From IMG/VR virus record IMGVR_UViG_2600255062_000003, positions 32,001 through 96,000 of that record: DNA of 64,000 nucleotides; one strand, given 5' to 3'. Position 1 is the first letter of the stretch. Each line of letters opens with the position of its first letter. Position numbers and translations under genes: made by a program. Shown here in pieces: positions 52,504 to 62,158 of this stretch. The notes under the pieces were generated by a model that saw only the letters and a list, made by a program, of their open reading frames with translations, had not been told where the DNA came from and searched no databases. Source of the stretch: a virus (lineage: Duplodnaviria; Caudoviricetes).

Positions 52504-52893
52504 TTATCTGAATTTAATCCCATCACTGTCAAGCCTCTGCACAGTCCCATAAGACCTCAGTTCTTCTACATCATCCCTATGTAACCATTGAGCATGTCCT
52601 GTGGGATCAATAAAGGTATAGGATTGAATGTTGTCGCTTATTATCGGCAGTTGGAATTCACCAAACAAGCGTGAGGAAGTCGCATACTGTTCAATAAGCA
52701 AATCAAAATGGTATTTTTCTATGTAGTCGAATTTTTCAATTGAAGGGATATAAATGAACCACTTTCTTTTGTCAATTGACTGTGATTGAGCAATAAAGTC
52801 TGCTCCCTCTTCGATTGTATATTTCTTTCCTTCAACCTCACTTGAAACCTCAAGTACACAAGAGATTTTGATATTAAAATCCAAATTATTCAT
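52504..52893 (-). CDS. hypothetical protein, paralog of 52914-53294
   Basis: Shared QSQSID..KWF..IP.IEKFDYIEKY.FD. Confidence 0.75.
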   Translation of the reverse strand: MNNLDFNIKISCVLEVSSEVEGKKYTIEEGADFIAQSQSIDKRKWFIYIPSIEKFDYIEKYHFDLLIEQYATSSRLFGEFQLPIISDNIQSYTFIDPTGHAQWLHRDDVEELRSYGTVQRLDSDGIKFR

Positions 52894-52913
52894 CTCCTCA
52901 TGAAATAATCTTT

Positions 52914-53294
52914 TTATCTGAAACGAACCTCATCACTGCTGATTCGTTGTGTCACCTTATAGGACTTTAATTCGCCTACATCTTTTTTTGATGCCCATTG
53001 AACATATCCGCTGGGAGTAATGTACGCAAAAGTGTGAATATTATCGCTGATTACAGGCAATTGAAATTCACCATGATATAGTGGATAGGTAATGTATTCA
53101 TTAATAAGAAAATCGAAATTGTATTTCTCTATGTAATCGAATTTTTCAATGTTTGGAATAAATACGAACCATTTCATTCTGTCAATCGATTGAGACTGAA
53201 TAGACATCTCTACACCATCATTGAGAATGTATGGCACATTGTCTACTTCTCCTGTTACTTGCATTGTAGTTACAATTCGAATTTTATAATCCAC
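52914..53294 (-). CDS. hypothetical protein, paralog of 52504-52893
   Basis: Shared GEFQLP.ISDNI. Confidence 0.75.
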   Translation of the reverse strand: MDYKIRIVTTMQVTGEVDNVPYILNDGVEMSIQSQSIDRMKWFVFIPNIEKFDYIEKYNFDFLINEYITYPLYHGEFQLPVISDNIHTFAYITPSGYVQWASKKDVGELKSYKVTQRISSDEVRFR

Positions 53295-54660
53295 TTGACT
53301 TCACTCCTTATAAAATATTCATTTGATTAACTTTTATCAAGTGGATCAATACGGTTCTCATAGCAATAAGCAATTACACAGTCTTCCGTATCTTCTGTGT
53401 AGCAGATATATTTACCGCCAAACTTATAATGAGGATCTTCTTTTGTGTTAATTTCTTTTTTGCACATATAACATTGTTTTTTAGCCACCGATATCAACTC
53501 CTTCTAAAAGGATCATTTTATTCTAAAACCCATAATTTGCATTACTTCTTTTGCAGTATAATCTGTACCTGCAACATAATTAGATATAACACTTTCAAGT
53601 ATTTCCTTTGGATTGATACGTGACTGTTTTCCCTCAAGCACATTAAGCAATATTTGTTCAGATTCTTGAGCGATCTTTTGATTGAGTTCACTAACGAATC
53701 GAGTGTTAGTAGGATAGTTAGGAACACCCTTATAAAATCCATTATCTAAATCATGTTTTTTCCACACTTCTAACAATTGAGCTGCCTTGTTATATTCGAA
53801 CATCTTTTTTTGCACCTGTCTTTATAAAAATATAGTTTTACTATAGTTCATCTATTGTTTTAGATTTCTGTCCTTCAAGATAATGAAACATATCATAAAC
53901 CATACTATAATTACCACCGTCCATTATAGTAAGAAAATTATTTATTTCATCGGCTGATAAATTTTTAGTCATAATTTCAATTATTTTAGCGACTTCTTTG
54001 ATATTTTCAACGCCTTCGCTGGTGTACTGTTCTTCTAACCGTGGGAATAGTTCATGAATATTGATTTTCATTTTTAAACATCCTTTCAGAGCAAATATAG
54101 TTTTACTATGCTGTTTGGTTAAGGACGTGCATGACCACCATCACACCGTCTTCCTCGCAAGCAGCCACAAACTTAGCCATTTCAATTTTATCATTAAAGT
54201 CATATGTATTCGCCACCAACTTGTCCAGCACCTTTTCAAAAACAGTTACCTTGTGCATGAATGTCACCTCGTTGTTTATAGTTCTTTTCTATATATTTAT
54301 TATATATCATGTGATTATATTTGTATATATGTTTTTTATTATTTCATTATATTTATTTGTTTTAGTAAAAACAAATAAAAGACCGCCTAAGCGATCTTGG
54401 TCAAATTAATCTTTTACTTAAAATATTCCCACTCAGAGTCTGCACCTTTATAGCGCGTTTGAATTACTTCGCCCCCTTCCCAAACTACTACATTAACCGC
54501 ATGATATTCGGGATATAGATTGGTTTCCATCGCTACCTGTTCATCTTCTCCGGCATATACAATCTCGCTGCCATTCTCAAAATATCCGATTGTTATATAG
54601 GTTTTCATTTTAGTGTCCTTTCATCGTAAATTCAGACTTCTATGTATTTCAATAAACTTA

Positions 54661-55485
54661 TTACAGCTTACCAATTTCTTTTTTCAATCTATTAATTATG
54701 TATACTTGTCCTTTTGGCGTTACTCTTGGCGTTGTTTTTAATATAGTTCCATATTTAGTATTAACGCTAATTTCTTCGACTACAAACAATTTCTGATTCA
54801 TTGCATACTGCGTTGGCTCATTATTTTTATTCTTGCGTAAGATTAACTTCCAGTCACGTAGTTTATCGAATAGCCTCTTCTCACCAATATTGATTCCTTC
54901 GTCTTGAACAATCTTGCTTAGTTCTCTTACAAGAATGTTGTCTGTGGACTTTAATGCGGTTTCAGCAAATGTGACTAAAGGTTTCTTTTCTTCAATATGC
55001 GCTTGTAGTTTCTCGTTTTCTTTTTCTGTTGCAATTCTTAGAGCTTTTTCTTCTTTTAGTTTGGTTGCTGTTAAGATCAGTAAATCTGGATTATCAAGAA
55101 GATCGTCAATTGCATACATTCCATGTTTCTGAATTGTAGGAACGATATCTTCATATAACCAATCTTGAAATTTCTCTGCTTTCGGTTGCCCTGATTGCCC
55201 CATTACACGGTTTAGGGAAAAGTTAGAAATGAATTTTTCTCCAGTGCTATGCAACTTCCTAACATGGCGATTCACCATGTTTGAATTTTTAACAAGATAG
55301 ACATGACTTTCCTTGCAGAACTTCAAAACTTCGCTTGTAGCTGAGTTGCCTTGATAATCTAAGACTACCCCTACATCCTTAGCACTAATAATAAAGTCAC
55401 CTTTAAACTGAAAATTTACATCTTCTTTTGTAAGTATCGTGACTTCGCGCCCCTCAAACACCAATTGTACTTCATTGTTTACCAA
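54661..55485 (-). CDS. phage antirepressor (BRO-N + ANT/KilA-C)
   Basis: AEKFQDW..E.IVPTIQKHGMY; ILVRELSK...IGEKRLF..LR; TPKGQ. Confidence 0.9.
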   Translation of the reverse strand: MVNNEVQLVFEGREVTILTKEDVNFQFKGDFIISAKDVGVVLDYQGNSATSEVLKFCKESHVYLVKNSNMVNRHVRKLHSTGEKFISNFSLNRVMGQSGQPKAEKFQDWLYEDIVPTIQKHGMYAIDDLLDNPDLLILTATKLKEEKALRIATEKENEKLQAHIEEKKPLVTFAETALKSTDNILVRELSKIVQDEGINIGEKRLFDKLRDWKLILRKNKNNEPTQYAMNQKLFVVEEISVNTKYGTILKTTPRVTPKGQVYIINRLKKEIGKL

Positions 55486-56758
55486 ATTTACATTCTCCCT
55501 TTATTATCTAATTTTTGAAGTAAAGTAAAGTAACTATCGTAGTCTTCAATGCGCAACGTGTGCAAATATTCAAGCGTGTAATTAACTGACATCCACCAAT
55601 TGAATCCATACATTTCATAAAAAGAATCTGCATCGGAAGTCAAAGTGAATAACATAACTTCGTCAAAATTTTTATGTCCATACACTCCCAAACCTTTTAT
55701 CCATCCATCTAACCCTGATTGTGTGGCTTGGTTTGATTCATAATTTAAGACCAACCATTCAACACCATTCAATCCTTGATTTAATTTATCCTTGATTATA
55801 TCCCATTCAAGAACAAATGCGGCTTCATTAAAAGTGGTCATTATCATCTTCTGCCCCTCCCTTATGGTTCTGTCAGGCAATCTCACCCTGCTAACTCCCT
55901 CCCTGTCATATAACATTATTTTCTTTTGTTTGTGCGTTTAGAATTGACATGCTCTTTCATCATTTCACGCATACGATCCATTCCCACACTTTTTATTTTC
56001 TCTGTACTGGAAGCATAATCAATAAATTCGTTATAGCTTTCAAAATCCAACTGAACAACTGTGGGACGTATCTCTTTAATTTTCACTTCTTTCAACTTAC
56101 TCCTTCTTTCTATGTATTATTGATAAAAGTCCGTTTTTATTCCCGTAGGGACTACCTATTTTCATTTATGAATTTTATCTTTATACCAAACATAAATAAA
56201 TTCTGTTCTTGATACATCGGGATTAACTTCGAATTCGCGATATAAGGCATCTATAAAATCATCAACAGTATTATCAATAAAAGAGATCAGATCAAATTTA
56301 TCTAATTTATTTGACTTCCAAAGTGTTGTGGCTAGCTCAATTGCAATATCCATCATTAATTCTTGTTTTTCACTCTCAATGTTTTTATAGTCTAAAGAAT
56401 CAATACCGTATCCCATATGTATCAATGTTTTATTCAAATTCATCATTATCAACCTTTCAATATTTATTCTTAGTTAACCTCTGATTCTTTTGATCTCTCT
56501 TTGAAGTGTTCGTGTTTTACTCTCAGTTACTGTTTGTTCGCATCTAGAACATTTTATACGTCCTGAAGTTTCCTGCTCCCACTTATCATCATTCTGGCAT
56601 GGACATGGATTCTCCTTTAATGCTTTGTTCCAGATTTCATCTAACTCCTCGATATATGTCACACCACATACACTCCTTTCAGGTAAAATAACTGTTTCAT
56701 GCGTTTTCAACTTTTGAATGATTAAGTGGTATCCTTACTCTTTTCATATCTCATAATT

Positions 56759-57232
56759 TCATTTTATTTCTTTAAGTAATTGATTATTTTTAAGAAATCC
56801 ACAATTATCATAAAACAATTTTAGCTCTTCATGTGTTATGCCCCCGCCTTCTCGCATACTTCCTGTTACTTTCGTTATACTGTCAAATTTCACTTCAGTT
56901 GAATTCTTGTTATATTCCTCCACTTTAGCATTGTAGATATGGATAAGTTCTAATAAAAATTCTAGCATAATTCTTCCATGACCAATCCTTCTTATGCGTG
57001 ATTGAATTTCTTCAATAATGAGTTCGTCTTGAAAATAAGTAAAATCCAAAAACGAAGGTTCTTGCCACTCGCTATACTTTAATTGTATCTGTCCTGAGCT
57101 TCTAAATAATTCAAGTCGGCTAAGGTCAAAAGTTACCTCCACTTCATTAGGGGGAATTGCCTTATCAATTTTTTTAAGATAATAAATCTGTTTTCCATTT
57201 ATCTCTTTTATTCTACTCATAATCTCCTCCAT
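56759..57232 (-). CDS. GNAT-like acetyltransferase
   Basis: RRIGHGRIML motif A; LKLFYDNCGF. Confidence 0.6.
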   Translation of the reverse strand: MEEIMSRIKEINGKQIYYLKKIDKAIPPNEVEVTFDLSRLELFRSSGQIQLKYSEWQEPSFLDFTYFQDELIIEEIQSRIRRIGHGRIMLEFLLELIHIYNAKVEEYNKNSTEVKFDSITKVTGSMREGGGITHEELKLFYDNCGFLKNNQLLKEIK

Positions 57233-57499
57233 ACCTTCAAATAATGAGTTTGTTTACGATACTATTTTTCTTTAAAACTTTGATTTTTTTACCTAATAAC
57301 CATCAATAAAGTCTTTTGCTTCTTGCATAGTGCTTGCTTCCCACTCATATGAGCGAATACCTTTGCCATAAGCCCATTCCTCTGCTGTATACACAACAAA
57401 CAATTGCGATCCTGTATTAATATCTTGCGTCTCTTGGACTTTAAAACCTTTATATTGTTTAACCTTTGTAGTCATTTTACTTTCCTCCCACCATTATAA

Positions 57500-58153
57500 T
57501 TATCTTTCTTTTAGCCAATTTATAATGTAATTTACTTCGGTTTGATTCAAACTTCTCTTTCCGGCCTCAAACTCATCTATAAATTGAATTAGGTTATCTT
57601 TATCGCTTTGTGTCTTGGTTTGCTTTTTACTTATTAAAGATTTAATATAATTAATTTGTTTTTCGTTAGCCTGTTTCCCTTCAGTTTGTTCACCCTTGTT
57701 TTTCAATAATATCATAATTCGTACAACAAATTCCCAATCCATTCGCTTTATGGCATCTTGATACAAGTCATTTAAAGCTTCTTTCGGTTTTTTTATTTCT
57801 TCTTTTATAATCTGAGGTTTAACTTTTTTGGTTTGTTTTTTTGACTCAAGTTCATTTAAATATTTAGTAAGTCTGTCCTGTATTTCTTGTGACTCGACTA
57901 TTTCAAGTAAGTCGGACTCATCTTTGATAATAACACCAGCTCCCCCGCAGCCATAGCAAGTTGATCCATCTTTAAGGTTATAGGAGTATCTTCCACTTCC
58001 TCCACAACGTTTGCAGGCTGGTGCTGCTCCAGTTGCTAATAAACGTTTAAATAGCCTCCCTTTGTTCATATCTTCAACTTTCATAGCCTCAAAAATTTGC
58101 TTCTGGATTGTGGAGAATGTTTTCATGTCGAACCTCCGTAATATCTTAATCAA
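57500..58153 (-). CDS. protein with DnaJ-type Zn finger
   Basis: CKRCGGSG...CYGCGGAG. Confidence 0.7.
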   Translation of the reverse strand: MIKILRRFDMKTFSTIQKQIFEAMKVEDMNKGRLFKRLLATGAAPACKRCGGSGRYSYNLKDGSTCYGCGGAGVIIKDESDLLEIVESQEIQDRLTKYLNELESKKQTKKVKPQIIKEEIKKPKEALNDLYQDAIKRMDWEFVVRIMILLKNKGEQTEGKQANEKQINYIKSLISKKQTKTQSDKDNLIQFIDEFEAGKRSLNQTEVNYIINWLKER

Positions 58154-58172
58154 ATACTGTTTTTACTGACTA

Positions 58173-58547
58173 TTATTTCAATCCCAATACTTCAACTATC
58201 TCTTTTTGCTTTGCAAACTTACCGTTTTGATAGCCTTTCTCGCGCTCTTCGGCAATCTTGTGTCCTATCATGACAATGAATTCAATTGCTCCGAATTCTC
58301 TAATTACCAGCCCGTACAAGTAATCAATTAACTTTGTTTCACAGTCTTCATTCTTTAACAACACTTCTATTTCATTAATGACTTCTGAATCTGTTATGTA
58401 ATAGCTTTCACCAAAACGACTATTAAAACAGTACAACTTTTTCGCGTTAATTCTTCCACCTTTCCGTAATTTTAGTTCCTTGGTTCCTATCTCATAATAA
58501 CTTCCGCTTGTATCATCTTTTTCTCCAATCCACTTTTCAAGCTTCAT
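58173..58547 (-). CDS. hypothetical protein
   Basis: RBS; bounded by sites 58150/58568. Confidence 0.7.
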   Translation of the reverse strand: MKLEKWIGEKDDTSGSYYEIGTKELKLRKGGRINAKKLYCFNSRFGESYYITDSEVINEIEVLLKNEDCETKLIDYLYGLVIREFGAIEFIVMIGHKIAEEREKGYQNGKFAKQKEIVEVLGLK

Positions 58548-58751
58548 AGTATCTCTCCATTTCTGAATAAAATCGTTGTTTTATCATATGAATAATACTC
58601 TGTTACTGGTTATAGTACACTGTTTCTCATTCGTTAAGTAAATTATACCACATCCATTATTTATATTCAATAATATAATTATTTTTGTTTATAAGCCTTT
58701 ACTCAAAAATAAAACTGAGTCCAGAATATAGACCCAGTTCAATTACAAAAT

Positions 58752-59843
58752 TCAATTTTTTAGTTCAATCATACCACCCTTATCGCGTGTGTAGGTGTGA
58801 CCCACTGTCTTCGCTTCAGTGATTCCAGTTTCTTCATTGTTGCTTGCTTTTACTCCATTAAGAACTATCTTTCTGATTGCTTTAATACTTACTTCTAAGG
58901 CTAATTTGTCTTTCTTCAGCTTACTAATTATCTTGTCTTTCTTGGCTACTTCTGTTGTTTTAGCTTCTAATTCCAAATCTTTGATTTCTAATTTATGTTT
59001 CATATCTCTTGTTTCTAGTTTCAATTGATTAATCTTTGACTCTAATTCCTTCGTATTATTTAAGCTTTCTAAAAATCTACTCATTTCTGCATTGAGATTG
59101 TTTCCTAATATATCTGGATGATTGTTTTCTTGTATTTCTGCTTGAAGGAGTTCTTCTGATTTCTTATCAAAGTAAACTAAGTTGTTTATATTAATATAAT
59201 TTTCTAGTGACCCGTGCCGTTTTGAAATATACTGGAACTTCTGATAAACAGCTTGTGGATTTTTGTTAAATGTTTTTGCAGCTATCCTGATTGCTCCCCA
59301 TTTACTGTTTCCCTTACTAATCTCATTGTTCACTATTTCGTTAAGTGTTACAATATCATTATCCGTCCACACGCCTCTCTTGTGATCTTCAGTAGATGTC
59401 TCTTCAATTCTAAGTAAATAATCTCTAATTTTTATTGCAATTTTGCTATCTCTTAACAACATACCAACTCTTAAAATCGCTTTACGTGGCACTAGTTTAA
59501 CTATGAATTGCCCCGCAGACAAGGCTTCTTTCACTTTGAAATAACCCTCATCTTTATTGTTTATTGTTTTAACACCATCTTTTTCAAACTCTGATTTGTG
59601 TCTATTAAGAACATTAATAATAGTTTGATATTCAACTTCATAATATTCAGCAACTGCTTTTACTGTCATATGTTGATTATCTGGCAACAGTGAAAGTAAC
59701 TTTACCTTCTGCAATACTTCAGTTTTATTTATGTATTGATCTCTAACATTTTTATCTTCAACAAAGTTGTCTGCGTTTAATTTCAATAATGCTCCCATAT
59801 TCAATTCTCCTTTTATGTGTTTATGTTTATTTATAAGAATCAA
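58752..59843 (-). CDS. phage DNA-binding/antirepressor-like coiled-coil protein (start probably MGAL)
   Basis: VAEYYEV...RKAILRVGMLLRDS.IA..IRDYLL; coiled coil. Confidence 0.7.
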   Translation of the reverse strand: MILINKHKHIKGELNMGALLKLNADNFVEDKNVRDQYINKTEVLQKVKLLSLLPDNQHMTVKAVAEYYEVEYQTIINVLNRHKSEFEKDGVKTINNKDEGYFKVKEALSAGQFIVKLVPRKAILRVGMLLRDSKIAIKIRDYLLRIEETSTEDHKRGVWTDNDIVTLNEIVNNEISKGNSKWGAIRIAAKTFNKNPQAVYQKFQYISKRHGSLENYININNLVYFDKKSEELLQAEIQENNHPDILGNNLNAEMSRFLESLNNTKELESKINQLKLETRDMKHKLEIKDLELEAKTTEVAKKDKIISKLKKDKLALEVSIKAIRKIVLNGVKASNNEETGITEAKTVGHTYTRDKGGMIELKN

Positions 59844-60057
59844 TTAGTTTTTCAAGCTTAATGATTTCAGGCTTTTGCAATGGCTGTTTTCCATTTATGA
59901 ATAGTGAGAACAAAGATTTACTTATAGATAGCTTACCAGCGATAAATGATTTCTTTATTCCTCTTTCTATTATTAACTTAAGTGTTCTTTCTCTTAACGT
60001 CATGTATTCACCTCCGTTAAAATTTATTTTAATGTTCTCTTGAGATAAATATATCAC
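59827..60057 (-). CDS. small HTH (Cro-like) regulator (start probably MTLR)
   Basis: GIKKSFIAGKLSISKSLFSLFING. Confidence 0.75.
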   Translation of the reverse strand: MIYLSQENIKINFNGGEYMTLRERTLKLIIERGIKKSFIAGKLSISKSLFSLFINGKQPLQKPEIIKLEKLIDSYK

Positions 60058-60227
60058 TCATCACTTTTATAGTCAATATATATTATTATATTTGTTTATA
60101 AAATAAAAAAGATTTGATACCTATTCTTGATATTTGATAATTTTTTTAGCGCATGGTAGGATATTCCTTGTAAATCAAATCCATTATTAGATATTGAATG
60201 GTTTTGTTTTACTATTATTACTAAGGA

Positions 60228-60932
60228 GTGATTAATAAAGTGAAAAAATTGCTAAGTTTGTTTGTCGTGTTGGTATTGTGTTTAGGTATTCTTCCATACT
60301 CAGTTAACGCACAGGATTTATCCATTAACACCCCAGAGGACTATATTAACTATCTAAAGTCCAATAGCAAAGGTCTAAGCGCGCAGAACGAGAATGATTC
60401 ATCTGTTGTTCTAGAGCAGTTCACAAATCTTTCTAAAGAAGATCAACAGAAATTTGTTGATTACATGAATAATCCTGAAGCAATTAAAGCTATTTTTAAT
60501 GCAATGCAAAATGGCGAAAATGCAGACCTATACAATGGAGATATAAAAGTGAGGGTAAACCAAAGCAAACCCGATCATACCATTACTCCATTTGCAACTG
60601 AATATAAACCTCATGCCGAAACAGTTGCCTCAACATTTGGCATCAATATTATCACAACTCAAGTATATGTTCAGTACAGAGTTAGCGGAGGAAAAGTGAC
60701 TGAAATATTGAATGGTGGTGGAATCGTAACTAGAAATTGGTTCCCTGTTGTGAATATCACCATCAAAGAAGATAAGCCATATATCAATTCAAATAAAACT
60801 AGAGCCTACGAGACAGCATATTTCACCTGGAACTTTATACACTCGTCGCTTGGTGCAGTTGTCGGAACTGGCACACATACTATTTGGGGATTTACTGACG
60901 GTACTTGGGATGCATCATTTTCAAAGTCATAA
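60228..60932 (+). CDS. secreted protein, possible pro-toxin
   Basis: Sec signal (VNA-Q), acidic pro-region, ITPFA junction, beta-rich C-domain. Confidence 0.7.
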   Translation: MINKVKKLLSLFVVLVLCLGILPYSVNAQDLSINTPEDYINYLKSNSKGLSAQNENDSSVVLEQFTNLSKEDQQKFVDYMNNPEAIKAIFNAMQNGENADLYNGDIKVRVNQSKPDHTITPFATEYKPHAETVASTFGINIITTQVYVQYRVSGGKVTEILNGGGIVTRNWFPVVNITIKEDKPYINSNKTRAYETAYFTWNFIHSSLGAVVGTGTHTIWGFTDGTWDASFSKS

Positions 60933-60951
60933 TAAAGGATAAGTTTAAAAT

Positions 60952-61050
60952 ATGAAAAAAAAGACAATTATGATTTTAGGAATAGTACTTGGCGTATTAC
61001 TTGTTCTATATATTTTATCCAAACTACTATATAATAACTGGCATAACTAA
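60952..61050 (+). CDS. 32-aa single-TM peptide (MKKKTIMILGIVLGVLLVLYILSKLLYNNWHN)
   Basis: Hand translation; AAGGA upstream; followed by terminator. Confidence 0.5.
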   Translation: MKKKTIMILGIVLGVLLVLYILSKLLYNNWHN

Positions 61051-61056
61051 CAACAC

Positions 61057-61096
61057 AAAAAGAAGCGTTTGAGATAATTACTCAGCGCTTCTTTTT
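61057..61096 (+). terminator. bidirectional intrinsic terminator
   Basis: AAAAGAAGCG...CGCTTCTTTT. Confidence 0.7.
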
Positions 61097-61116
61097 ATGA
61101 TCAAAGTAACATTTTA

Positions 61117-61572
61117 TTATGAATATTTGGTTCTTGTTTCTAAGCCTTTACTTATAAATGCGATAGTTAGAGTTGCGTAAGTTATGGCATTCATCAATTT
61201 CCCAAACTTTTCGGTCAATATCTTCTCTGGAACATCATAAAGCTCTATTGGAACATATATCGTTATAAATAATATCAACAAAACCACAATGATCATTGAT
61301 ATTCCTGAAAGCACCTTCTCGAATTTATTCAGTTCCCTTTTCGATATTTTGTAAGAAGATTTAAAATAATCAAAAGTTGTTAGCAGTATTGAGACAAATC
61401 CCGTTGTTATTGTTAAACCAGTTAATACGTTAATCCAAATTGAAACTACTGATAAAACTAAATATACTAATGCAACTACGTAAAATAATGTTGATAGACA
61501 GAAATCTATATAGTATGTGAGTCTTCTATTCATTAAATATTTAAGTCCTCTCTTTTCATGGTACACGAACAA
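61117..61572 (-). CDS. multi-pass membrane protein
   Basis: About 4 hydrophobic segments. Confidence 0.6.
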   Translation of the reverse strand: MFVYHEKRGLKYLMNRRLTYYIDFCLSTLFYVVALVYLVLSVVSIWINVLTGLTITTGFVSILLTTFDYFKSSYKISKRELNKFEKVLSGISMIIVVLLILFITIYVPIELYDVPEKILTEKFGKLMNAITYATLTIAFISKGLETRTKYS

Positions 61573-61921
61573 AAAACAGCCTCAAAAGGCTGCTTAATTG
61601 ATTATTATATGTATTGCATTTGCCAAAGTCGCAACAATTCCAGTAAATTTCTGCATAACAGTAGTTGCTATATTGGCAACGTTCTCCGAACTAGTGTCAG
61701 GATTCTTAAAAGAATACATAGCATATCCAAGAAATAAACTACCCGCCAAAAAAGCAAACCAATCATTTGTTTTCAATCTCATATAATTCACCTATACCTT
61801 TTTCCTAATTATAACATACGGCTCAATATGATGTATAATCTATGTAAAAGACTGGTTTATATACAACTCATTTTTCATGATAGTGCTTTGACATTAACAA
61901 AGAGCAGTTTCCCACTCCTTG

Positions 61922-62158
61922 TTAATACTCCTCATCCTCTTCTTCAAGCTCATCATCTTCTTCTTCGTTTTCTTCTTCCTCATCTTCGTTAGAGTGTATC
62001 AAATTATATATTTCTTCCTGCTGGCAACTGAGACAATATGTACCAACGTCTCTCTTTAATTCGTTATCAAATACAGTTGTACTTCTGTTTGATCCGCAGT
62101 CACCACATGAATCGTCGTCGTTATCTTCAAGTATGTATTTGCCGTATCTCTCAGTCAT
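61922..62158 (-). CDS. small Zn-binding protein with poly-acidic tail
   Basis: CGDC...CLSC; EDEEEENEEEDDELEEEDEEY. Confidence 0.7.
   Translation of the reverse strand: MTERYGKYILEDNDDDSCGDCGSNRSTTVFDNELKRDVGTYCLSCQQEEIYNLIHSNEDEEEENEEEDDELEEEDEEY

Noticed and set aside
14911-61860. Degenerate boundary sites at 14911, 51280, 54090, 54627, 57273, 61845
   Set aside because: One arm mismatched or spacing off, so not counted.
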